Under the pieces are notes generated by a model, which was not told the DNA's origin, made no database searches, and was given only the letters and a program-made list of their open reading frames with translations. Positions 37,025 through 45,477 of a DNA stretch of 64,000 nt are shown in pieces (within the stretch, counting starts at the first letter, position 1; the number at the start of each line of letters is the position of its first letter). The stretch is from Bacilli bacterium (GTDB lineage: Bacteria; Bacillota_I; Bacilli_A; RFN20; CAG-826): positions 17,109 through 81,108 of the forward strand of contig JAZLFJ010000053.1 of NCBI GenBank assembly GCA_045615665.1, given 5' to 3'. The position numbers and the translations under genes are program-made.

Positions 37025-37849
37025 ATGAGAAAAATTCTAAGTTATCTAAGAATAGGTCTAACGGCAGGTGTACGTTTAATATATGTAAACCTACGATATT
37101 TTCGTCCATTTGCAAGACATCCCGAAAAATATCCTTTTGAATATCGCTATAAAATAGTAAGAAAGACGGTTATTTACGTTTTAAAGCATTATCACGTTGA
37201 CTACAAGATAGAGGGCTTTGAGAATTTTTTAGATCTGCATGGGAAATGTTTGGTCGTCTCAAACCATCATTCTGATGCAGATCCTTTAGTGATGATCGCC
37301 AATCACGAAAAACCAATTACCTTTATTTCAAAGCAAGAAGCTTTTGATTTCCCAGTTATCGGTAATGGCTTAAGAGCTCTCGAAGGTTTTTCACTCGATA
37401 GAGCGAACGTCATGAACCAAATTACTCAAATTAGAGATATTGTCGCTCATCTTAAAGATGAGAATAAACCAAATATCGTCGTTTATATTGAGGGAACAAG
37501 AAATAAAAATCCTGAAGGTGATTGTTTACCATTCCATGCTGGCACTTTAAAAATTTCCAAGATGGCAGGGGTCCCAATTGTCCCGATGACAATATACGGA
37601 ACAAGCCGTATTCTTTCATCGAAATCCTTCTTAAAACGCTATCCAGTGTTTTTAAATTATTTAAAACCAATCGATTATTCTAAATATGATAATTTCGATT
37701 CCAACACCGAAGCAGTTAAACTAAAAGAGCTGCTTGATAAAACCATAGACGAAACAAGAAAAAAAGACTTTGAATACGTCGTTAATCAAAGATTAAGCAG
37801 ACGTCGTAAAGCCTTAGAAACTATTATTGATATCAAAAAATCTTCTTAA
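37025..37849 (+). CDS. plsC: 1-acyl-sn-glycerol-3-phosphate acyltransferase
   Basis: HX4D motif NHHSDAD and the EGTR motif. Confidence 0.8.
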   Translation: MRKILSYLRIGLTAGVRLIYVNLRYFRPFARHPEKYPFEYRYKIVRKTVIYVLKHYHVDYKIEGFENFLDLHGKCLVVSNHHSDADPLVMIANHEKPITFISKQEAFDFPVIGNGLRALEGFSLDRANVMNQITQIRDIVAHLKDENKPNIVVYIEGTRNKNPEGDCLPFHAGTLKISKMAGVPIVPMTIYGTSRILSSKSFLKRYPVFLNYLKPIDYSKYDNFDSNTEAVKLKELLDKTIDETRKKDFEYVVNQRLSRRRKALETIIDIKKSS

Positions 37850-39094
37850 ACCTTTAGGGTAGAGGTTTTTTAAAGTTCCATTTACGTAATGGGCTACCCC
37901 GACATTCATTCCTAAATATGAAACAAAATAGTAACCTTCCTTGAGGTTATTTTTTATTAATGATTCACCCGCTAAATATTTGATTAGTTCTTCTTTAGTT
38001 AAACCAATTGATCTAAGTGAATTTTCATAGTGAGAATAGTGGTGGGACGGGATAGTTTTATCACCGATTTTTGTTTCTAAAAATAGTCCTGGTCTTAGCG
38101 CATGTTCAATAAATGATTGTGGAAGATTTTTATGAAGACGGAAATAGGAGATTTGTGGCGTTTTTCCTTTCGATAGTTCTTTCCTAGAAACAAAGAAATT
38201 TTCATCATAAGAAATCTCTAATTTGCCTGGTTTTTTAATCTTTGCGATATAGTGTCCTTCACCAATGAATTTATGCGGGAATAAATGGATTGTTTCAGGA
38301 TATTTTTCACTATGATAAAACCCTTTAAAATCTTCAATATATTCTAGTTTTGCGGCAGTTTTTGATAATAAATATTCGATAACTTCTTCATCTTCTTCAT
38401 ATGAATATGAGCAAGTCGAATACATGAGCGTTCCACCAGGTTTTAGCATGGAATAACACATCAAAATTAAATCCTTTTGAATCGCTGCATTTTTTAGGAC
38501 TTTTTCATAGGTCCAATCGTTTTTCATTTCATCCATTTTTCTAAACATGCCAGAACCAGAACATGGCGCATCTAAAATGATTCCATCAAATTTCTCGAAT
38601 AGCTGAGAATAGATTTGCTTAAAATCATATGAAGTAACAGTCACATTTCCTAGGCCCATTCTTTCAACATTTTGTAAAAGAATATTGGCCCTTGATTTCG
38701 ATAGATCATTAGATACTAGTTGTCCGCTATTTTTCATTAATAAAGAGGTCATGACGCTTTTCCCTCCAGGAGCAGCACACAAATCTAATATCAATTGCTC
38801 AGGTTTGGGTTCTAAATAGTGAGCGACGAGCATCGCACTTGGGTCTTGAATATAGTACGCGCCGAGTTCGTGATAGACTAGTTTGCCGAGTTTATATTCA
38901 TCTTGATCAAACAAATAACCGTTAGGAACGATTGGATGAGGTTTAACGTTAGGAAACAAATCTAAAAGCTTTGCTTTTGAAAGTTTATTTTCGTTTAGAT
39001 AAAAACCTTTATGCTCTTTTTCAGAAAATGAAGCGATAAGTTTATCAATTTCATCTTCTTTTAGATATTTCCTAAGATGCTCTTTGAAATCCAT
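37814..39094 (-). CDS. rRNA cytosine-C5 methyltransferase (NOL1/NOP2/Sun family, RsmF-like)
   Basis: SAM-binding motif DLCAAPGGKS and catalytic motif DAPCSGSG. Confidence 0.8.
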   Translation of the reverse strand: MDFKEHLRKYLKEDEIDKLIASFSEKEHKGFYLNENKLSKAKLLDLFPNVKPHPIVPNGYLFDQDEYKLGKLVYHELGAYYIQDPSAMLVAHYLEPKPEQLILDLCAAPGGKSVMTSLLMKNSGQLVSNDLSKSRANILLQNVERMGLGNVTVTSYDFKQIYSQLFEKFDGIILDAPCSGSGMFRKMDEMKNDWTYEKVLKNAAIQKDLILMCYSMLKPGGTLMYSTCSYSYEEDEEVIEYLLSKTAAKLEYIEDFKGFYHSEKYPETIHLFPHKFIGEGHYIAKIKKPGKLEISYDENFFVSRKELSKGKTPQISYFRLHKNLPQSFIEHALRPGLFLETKIGDKTIPSHHYSHYENSLRSIGLTKEELIKYLAGESLIKNNLKEGYYFVSYLGMNVGVAHYVNGTLKNLYPKGLRRFFDINNSF

Positions 39095-39175
39095 GTTTAT
39101 AGTCTACCATAATATTTCTAATTTTGATTTAATCAAGTTAACTAATATGTTAAAATTTGTTCGAGGTATTTTATT

Positions 39176-40477
39176 ATGCGAATGGTAGATATTATTACAA
39201 AAAAACGTGATGGTCACGAACTTAGCGACAAAGAAATTGAATTCTTTGTAAAAGGCTATGTTGATGGCAAGATTCCTGATTATCAGGTCTCTGCTTTATT
39301 AATGGCCATCTTATTTAAAGGAATGAGCGATCGTGAAATAGTCACTTTGACCGATCTAATGGAACATAGTGGTGATGTTATCGATTTAAGTTCTATTCCA
39401 GGTAAAAAAGTGGATAAACATTCAACCGGTGGTGTTGGTGATAAGACATCATTAGCCCTTGGGCCAATGGTTGCAGCTTGTGGCGCAGTTGTCGCTAAGA
39501 TGTCGGGCCGTGGTTTAGGCCATACTGGCGGAACACTTGATAAACTCGAATCAATTCCAGGTATGAATGTCTTCCTTAAAGAAGAAAAATTTATTGAGAT
39601 TTTAAAGAAGAATGGCGTAGCCATTGCTGGTCAAACTGGAACGTTGGTTCCAGCTGATAAAAAGCTTTATGCTTTACGTGACGTTACAGGTACTGTTGAA
39701 TCAATTCCATTAATCGCATCTAGCGTCATGTCTAAAAAGCTCGCTTCTGGCTCTGATTGCATCTTGTTAGATGTCAAATTTGGTAATGGGGCATTTATGA
39801 AGACTAGAGAAGATGCTCAAAAGCTCGCTAAAATTATGTGCTCAATCGGTAATTCTTTATGTAGAGATACAAGAGCAGTCTTAACTAGCATGGAACAACC
39901 ATTAGGTTATGCTGTTGGCAACTCGCTTGAAGTTAAAGAAGCAATCGATACTTTACATGGTAAAGGTCCAAAAGATTTCCAAGATCTTTGCTATCAATCT
40001 GGTGCAATTATGCTTGAACAAGCTGGAATCGTTAAAAACGAAGAAGAAGGTCTTAAGATGCTTCATAAAGTCGTCGAAGATGGTTCAGCTTTTGAAAAAC
40101 TGCGTCAAATGGTCATTGCCCAAGGTGGCGATGTATCATATATTGATCATCCAGAAAAATTCGAAATTTCGAAAAATATTATTGAAGTTAGAGCTACAAA
40201 GGCTGGCTATGTTAGACAAATCGAAGCCCTTAGCATCGGTGAAAACGCTATGCGTTTAGGTGCTGGTAGAGAAACATTTGATGATGTTATCGATATGTCT
40301 GCAGGCATCGTTTTAGCCAAGAAAGTTGGCGACAAAGTTAATGTTGGTGATTTACTTTGTACAGCTTACACAAATAAAGACGAATATGCCGATGTAATTG
40401 AAAGCATTAAAAAAGCCTTTGTCATCGTTGATGAATATGTCCCATATCCACCAACTGTTCACGATTATATTCATTAA
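39176..40477 (+). CDS. pdp: pyrimidine-nucleoside phosphorylase
   Basis: thymidine/pyrimidine-nucleoside phosphorylase family; motifs HSTGGVGD and SGRGLGHTGGT. Confidence 0.9.
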   Translation: MRMVDIITKKRDGHELSDKEIEFFVKGYVDGKIPDYQVSALLMAILFKGMSDREIVTLTDLMEHSGDVIDLSSIPGKKVDKHSTGGVGDKTSLALGPMVAACGAVVAKMSGRGLGHTGGTLDKLESIPGMNVFLKEEKFIEILKKNGVAIAGQTGTLVPADKKLYALRDVTGTVESIPLIASSVMSKKLASGSDCILLDVKFGNGAFMKTREDAQKLAKIMCSIGNSLCRDTRAVLTSMEQPLGYAVGNSLEVKEAIDTLHGKGPKDFQDLCYQSGAIMLEQAGIVKNEEEGLKMLHKVVEDGSAFEKLRQMVIAQGGDVSYIDHPEKFEISKNIIEVRATKAGYVRQIEALSIGENAMRLGAGRETFDDVIDMSAGIVLAKKVGDKVNVGDLLCTAYTNKDEYADVIESIKKAFVIVDEYVPYPPTVHDYIH

Positions 40478-40479
40478 TA

Positions 40480-40932
40480 ATGAGGTTAATTGTTCAAAAT
40501 TCATTAAAAGCCTCGTGTGAGGTTAATAACAAGATCGTGGGAGAAATATCCCACGGTTTTGTTGTGTTGGTCGCTTTTACATTAGATGATAATGAAGAAA
40601 TTGTTGATAAAATGGCTAATAAATTACTCACAATGAGAGTCTTCGAAGATGAAAATGGAAAGACCAATCTTTCTTTGAAAGATGTTGATGGGGAAATTCT
40701 TTCTATTTCACAATTTACTTTATACGGTTCTCTTAAAGACGGAAGAAGGCCAAGCTTTGTTAATGCTTTAGAACCTAAAAGAGCAAAAGAATTGTATGAA
40801 TATTTCAATTCGTTATTAGAAAAAGCAGGTTATAAAGTTGAAAAAGGAATCTTTGGAGCAGATATGAAGATTTCCTTAGTTAATAACGGACCATTTACCA
40901 CAATCCTTGATTCTAAGGAGCTATTCTCATGA
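40480..40932 (+). CDS. dtd: D-aminoacyl-tRNA deacylase
   Basis: Dtd-like sequence: MRLIVQ start and the SQFTLYG/NNGPFT motifs. Confidence 0.85.
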   Translation: MRLIVQNSLKASCEVNNKIVGEISHGFVVLVAFTLDDNEEIVDKMANKLLTMRVFEDENGKTNLSLKDVDGEILSISQFTLYGSLKDGRRPSFVNALEPKRAKELYEYFNSLLEKAGYKVEKGIFGADMKISLVNNGPFTTILDSKELFS

Positions 40933-42059
40933 AGGTTTTAGTCGGGTTAAGTGGTGGTGTTGATAGTGCAGTTGCAGCCTACCTTCTTAAGAAGGATGGT
41001 TATGAAGTAACCGGTTGTTTTATGCGTAACTGGGATGCGATGGCAAATGGGGATTATCTAGGTAATCCAACCATAAATGACGATCGCTGTCCTCAAGAAA
41101 AAGACTATCAAGATGCAATTAAAGTTGCTGAAAAATTAGGCATTAAATTACTACGTGTCGATTTCATTAAAGAATATTGGGATCATGTTTTCTCTTTCTT
41201 TTTAGAAGAATATGAAAACGGAAGAACTCCAAATCCAGATATTTTATGCAATAAATACATTAAATTTGACGCATTTTTAGAATACGCGAAGAACAATGGC
41301 TTTGATATGATTGCGATGGGTCATTACGCCAAAAGAGTGGAAATTGACGGTCATTTTTATCTTTCTAAATGCGTCGATACCTCTAAAGATCAAACTTATT
41401 TCTTATCGCAAATTAATGAAGAACAAATTAAATCCTGTCTTTTTCCTCTTGGGGATATAACTAAAGAAGAAGTTAGAAAAATAGCCCACGAATTAAATCT
41501 TGAATCTGTCATGGATAAAAAAGATTCAACTGGAGTCTGTTTTATCGGTGAAAGAAATTTTAAAGAATTCTTACAGAATTATATTCCTGCTCAAAAGGGT
41601 AAAATTATAGATATTGATACTGATAAAGTTATCGGCGAGCATAAAGGAGTCTATTACTATACAATCGGACAACATAAAGGCTTAGGAATAGGTGGTATTT
41701 CTGGAGAAACAGCGTCCGGATGGTTCATCGTTAAAAAAGACGCTAAAAAGAATATTCTTTATGTCACTCGTGGCGACACACAAAAATATCTAATGTCCAA
41801 TAAATGTATCGTTAGAAAACTTAATTTTATAAATAAAAATGAAAAATTTCCTCAAGAAGTAGGGGTCAAATTTAGATATCGTCAACCGGACCACAAAGCG
41901 CTCATTAATAAAATAAATGATGAGATTGTGGTTACTTACGATTACTATAAAGCGGTCACAACCGGTCAAGAAGCGGTCTTTTATAATAAGGACGGTTTAA
42001 TGATTGGTTCAGGCACAATCGACGAAGTATATCGAGACGATGTAAGAATAGATAAATAA
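40929..42059 (+). CDS. mnmA: tRNA-specific 2-thiouridylase
   Basis: PP-loop motif GLSGGVDSAV; MnmA-like sequence. Confidence 0.9.
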   Translation: MKVLVGLSGGVDSAVAAYLLKKDGYEVTGCFMRNWDAMANGDYLGNPTINDDRCPQEKDYQDAIKVAEKLGIKLLRVDFIKEYWDHVFSFFLEEYENGRTPNPDILCNKYIKFDAFLEYAKNNGFDMIAMGHYAKRVEIDGHFYLSKCVDTSKDQTYFLSQINEEQIKSCLFPLGDITKEEVRKIAHELNLESVMDKKDSTGVCFIGERNFKEFLQNYIPAQKGKIIDIDTDKVIGEHKGVYYYTIGQHKGLGIGGISGETASGWFIVKKDAKKNILYVTRGDTQKYLMSNKCIVRKLNFINKNEKFPQEVGVKFRYRQPDHKALINKINDEIVVTYDYYKAVTTGQEAVFYNKDGLMIGSGTIDEVYRDDVRIDK

Positions 42060-42086
42060 AACGCTCCATTATGAAGCGTCTTTTAT
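42058..42086. terminator. bidirectional terminator
   Basis: AAACGCT-ccattatga-AGCGTCTTTT. Confidence 0.55.
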
Positions 42087-43087
42087 TATTTAACTGAATT
42101 TCTTTCAGCTTCATCGAACATCTTAAGTAGCTGCTCAACCGTTAATTTTTTCTTTTCCTCACCCGAGATATCATGGATGATATGACCTTCATAGAACATG
42201 ATTAATCGATCACCATAAGTAATCGCGTCTTTCATGTTATGAGTAATCATAAGTGTTGTCATCTGATTCTCGCGGACAATCTTTTCGGTGAGTTCTAAGA
42301 CTTTTCTAGCGGTCTTTGGATCAAGGGCGGCAGTATGTTCGTCAAGTAATAGAATTTGCTTTGTAAGGTCGTATTTACGAACTTTTTCATCAAATTCTTT
42401 GTAATATTGCTTTTTAAGATTTCTCTTTTCTTTAAACCCAAGGCCTTTTTGTTTTGAAATTTCTTTAATTTTGCCTTTATATTCAATAAAAGCATTATTA
42501 TATGCAGAAGTAACTTCTTCTCTTGCTTTTTCCTTATCGCCCATCGAGAAAGTTACATAATCTTTAATGATTTGTTTATGAGTTGGTTCCGCTCTGAGGG
42601 TCGCCATTAACAAAGTTAAAGCTTGTCTTTGCCCACCAGAGAGGACTCCTGCTTTGGTAGTCATTCTTGTCTCTAGACCTAAACCAAGACTTTTTAGAAG
42701 TTCAGCATATTCGGCTTTTTTTGTTTTATTGATATACCAACTAAAACCACGTTTTCCGCCTTTTGTGCCAGCAATTGCAAGGTTTTCGATAACTTGCATA
42801 TTTCCGGCTGTTCCTTTTTGTGGGTCTTGGAAAACACGGGCAAAATATTTAGCTCTTTGGTCTTCTCGCATGTTGGTGATATCAACATTATTGAGTAATA
42901 CGCCTCCGCGATCAGGGTTTAAAGTGCCCGCTAAAATGTTTAAAGTAGTGGTTTTGCCACTTCCATTACCACCAATAATAGTGACAAATTCACCATCATT
43001 TATCGTAAAAGAAACATTATCAAGCGCGACTTTTTCGTCTGGAGTACCTTGATAGAAGACTTTAGTAACGTTTTTAAAAGATAACAT
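42086..43087 (-). CDS. ABC transporter ATPase (COG1101-type) with an insertion of about 65 aa between the signature motif and Walker B
   Basis: Walker A GGNGSGKTT, signature LSGGQRQ, Walker B LLLDEHTAALD. Confidence 0.8.
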   Translation of the reverse strand: MLSFKNVTKVFYQGTPDEKVALDNVSFTINDGEFVTIIGGNGSGKTTTLNILAGTLNPDRGGVLLNNVDITNMREDQRAKYFARVFQDPQKGTAGNMQVIENLAIAGTKGGKRGFSWYINKTKKAEYAELLKSLGLGLETRMTTKAGVLSGGQRQALTLLMATLRAEPTHKQIIKDYVTFSMGDKEKAREEVTSAYNNAFIEYKGKIKEISKQKGLGFKEKRNLKKQYYKEFDEKVRKYDLTKQILLLDEHTAALDPKTARKVLELTEKIVRENQMTTLMITHNMKDAITYGDRLIMFYEGHIIHDISGEEKKKLTVEQLLKMFDEAERNSVK

Positions 43088-43998
43088 TATTCCATCTCCT
43101 TTGCTCTTTGACGTTTAGCTTTTGCATTTTTAAGATATACATTTTTAATGTATGGAATCGCTAAGAAGATAGCGACAACGATTGCAGAAAGCATCTTTAA
43201 TAATTCAGGTTCATTTGTAAAGAAGACAATTAATTGATAGACAAAGAAGTAAATAATTCCACCAACTAAGACAAATAATAAGGAAACTGCAAAGTTTTTG
43301 CTTAATTTAGCTCCGATAGTACTACCAATTATAATTGCGGCTAAGCCAATGACGATTGCGCCTCGACCCATATTGATTTCAGCGCTGCCTTGGAATTGAG
43401 CTAATATCGCACCACCAAGAGCAACGATTCCATTAGATAACATTAAGGCCACAATTTTACGTGAATTAATGTTAATACCATTGGCTTTTGACATATCTGG
43501 ATTCGATCCCGTTGAACGGATTGATGAACCAAATTTAGTGCCAAAAAACCAATATAAAATGACAATTATTGCTGTAGCAATACCTAAAACAATAGGAATT
43601 GTTGTATAGACGCCAGAAGACATGTTAAGCGAAATCAAAGAATCTCGATTAGCAACATTTAATATGGCGCGTCCAAGAATCTTAAGATTTATCGACCAAA
43701 GCATTAACTGAGTAAGAATACCTGCTAAAATGCCAGGAATTCCTAAATAACAGTGGAGTAAGGCGGTTATTAAACCAGCTAAAGCTCCTGCTAAAAATGC
43801 GATGAGAAACGCTGGAGCAGCAGGAAAGCCTACGCTTAATAATATTGCGTAAGTACATCCACCCGTTGCAAATGAACCATCAACTGTTAAATCGGCGAAA
43901 TCTAAAATTCTAAAGGTGATGAAAACACCGATGGCCATTATGCCCCAGATTATTCCTTGGTCAAGGACTGAAGGTAATGTTGAGAAAAAACCAGCCAT
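43087..43998 (-). CDS. ABC transporter permease (COG4120-type)
   Basis: multi-TM; overlaps the ATPase gene. Confidence 0.8.
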   Translation of the reverse strand: MAGFFSTLPSVLDQGIIWGIMAIGVFITFRILDFADLTVDGSFATGGCTYAILLSVGFPAAPAFLIAFLAGALAGLITALLHCYLGIPGILAGILTQLMLWSINLKILGRAILNVANRDSLISLNMSSGVYTTIPIVLGIATAIIVILYWFFGTKFGSSIRSTGSNPDMSKANGININSRKIVALMLSNGIVALGGAILAQFQGSAEINMGRGAIVIGLAAIIIGSTIGAKLSKNFAVSLLFVLVGGIIYFFVYQLIVFFTNEPELLKMLSAIVVAIFLAIPYIKNVYLKNAKAKRQRAKEME

Positions 43999-44012
43999 TT
44001 AACAATCCTTCC

Positions 44013-44981
44013 TTATAATTCTTCGTATCCTTCTGGAACGATGATGCCATAGGCATCACAACGTTCTTTATTATAAAGTTTTTTAACGTTTTTATCGTAT
44101 TGAACAGCGTATTCATCAATTTTATTTTTACCAAGTAAAATGTTGAAAGCCATTTCGCCAGTTACTTCGCCTAAACGATGATAATCAATAGATAAAGTGG
44201 CAATACCCGCACCTTCACAGATACCAGATTCACCAGCATAAACTGGCTTATGAGCTGGAGCAAAGATTCCATCAATAATTGAAACATTTGATGCAGCGGT
44301 ATTGTCGGTTGGAATATAGACTGCGTCATCTTCAGCAGCGGATTTTTGGCAAACGCTTTTTAAATCACTTGAATCGGTGAATGGTCTAGGAGTAACGGTT
44401 TTGCCTAAAGAAGATAATTGTTTACTAATTTCATCGACTTGGAATTTGGAATTAGCTTCGCTAGAGCAATATATAATTCCGATTTTATTTGCGCTTGGTA
44501 ATAGTTTAACCATTTCACTTGCTTGCTGATCAAGTGGTGCTAAATCACTAGTTCCAGAAACGTTTTTACCGGATTTTCCATCTTTAAATTCAATGCCTAA
44601 GGCTGCTCCATAATCAGTAATAGAAGTTCCTAATATTGGAATATAGGAAGTAGCAGCATACGCAGCGGTTAAACATGGAGTAGCATTTGCTAAGATAAGA
44701 TCAACATCTTTTGAAATTAAATCAGTGGTGATTGTGGGACAAAGTGCGCTATCTCCAGCAGCGTTATTTTCAATAAAGCTGACTTCGCGTCCTGCTTCTT
44801 TTAATAAAGAAGTTAACTTTTCTTTAAAACCAGTAGTCGCTGCATCCAAAGCTGGATGAGTTACAAGTTGAGCAATACCGACTTCGTATTTTTGCTTGTC
44901 AGGATTGACTTTAATTTTTCCTGAGCATCCTGATAATGCGATAGTGGATGTTAATCCAAGAAGTGCGAGGATTTTTTTCAT
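44013..44981 (-). CDS. ABC transporter substrate-binding lipoprotein (COG2984-type)
   Basis: GGAG RBS; lipobox LSGCSG; start chosen as the second ATG because of the SD spacing. Confidence 0.7.
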   Translation of the reverse strand: MKKILALLGLTSTIALSGCSGKIKVNPDKQKYEVGIAQLVTHPALDAATTGFKEKLTSLLKEAGREVSFIENNAAGDSALCPTITTDLISKDVDLILANATPCLTAAYAATSYIPILGTSITDYGAALGIEFKDGKSGKNVSGTSDLAPLDQQASEMVKLLPSANKIGIIYCSSEANSKFQVDEISKQLSSLGKTVTPRPFTDSSDLKSVCQKSAAEDDAVYIPTDNTAASNVSIIDGIFAPAHKPVYAGESGICEGAGIATLSIDYHRLGEVTGEMAFNILLGKNKIDEYAVQYDKNVKKLYNKERCDAYGIIVPEGYEEL

Positions 44982-45000
44982 TTTCATTTTCTCCTTTTTC

Positions 45001-45130
45001 AAAAAATAAATCCCGGGAGCAAACACCGGGTTATCTTTTGCCAGGTGTTTGACTTATGTCTCCCACCCGTCATTTTTAAAGTAGGAAACGATCACCTAAA
45101 ATAAAAATAACCAAAGTAAAAATAAGATTT
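45001..45130 (-). promoter_or_regulatory. leader attenuator of the ABC operon: intrinsic terminator just upstream of the RBS plus a competing antiterminator; possibly a T-box-like or other riboregulator
   Basis: on the minus strand: CCCGG-uguuugcu-CCGGG followed by AUUUAUUUUUUG; upstream AAACACC can pair with GGUGUUU; a GGGUGGG element lies upstream. Confidence 0.4.
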
Positions 45131-45295
45131 TGAGCTAGAAATTAAATCAATATTTCTATCCATAATTATTTTCGCTTTCTTGTTTCTAATAATATTGCAA
45201 ACCCTTTATAAAAACAAAGTTTTTTTGAAAAATATCAATAATTTCTCATGTGCATACATAACATTTCTAAAAATAAATATATTATTTAAATTAAT

Positions 45296-45462
45296 TTGTG
45301 ATATAGTTTTATTGCTCTAATAAAGGAACCTGCCACTCCTTTGGAGATGATGAAAGTCATCGTAGATCTGCGTTAAAGATCAATTAATTAAGTGCAATAC
45401 AAAGTATTGAATAAGGATGGTACCGCGAAAGTTTCGTTCCTTAGAGATACTTTTTTATTTTA
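45296..45462 (+). ncRNA. T-box riboswitch leader of alaS (Ala specifier candidate GCC)
   Basis: extended -10 TGaTATAGT; Stem-I-like long helix; candidate specifier GCC-A at 45332-45335; conserved T-box AAGGAUGGUACCGCG at 45414-45427 with a UGGU bulge matching tRNA-Ala discriminator A73; U-run at 45441-45446. Confidence 0.55.
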
Positions 45463-45477
45463 TCTAGGAGGCCAAAT

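Noticed and set aside
42654-43052. 132-aa + strand ORF antisense to the ABC ATPase
   Set aside because: It lies inside a conserved ABC ATPase gene. The composition is atypical.
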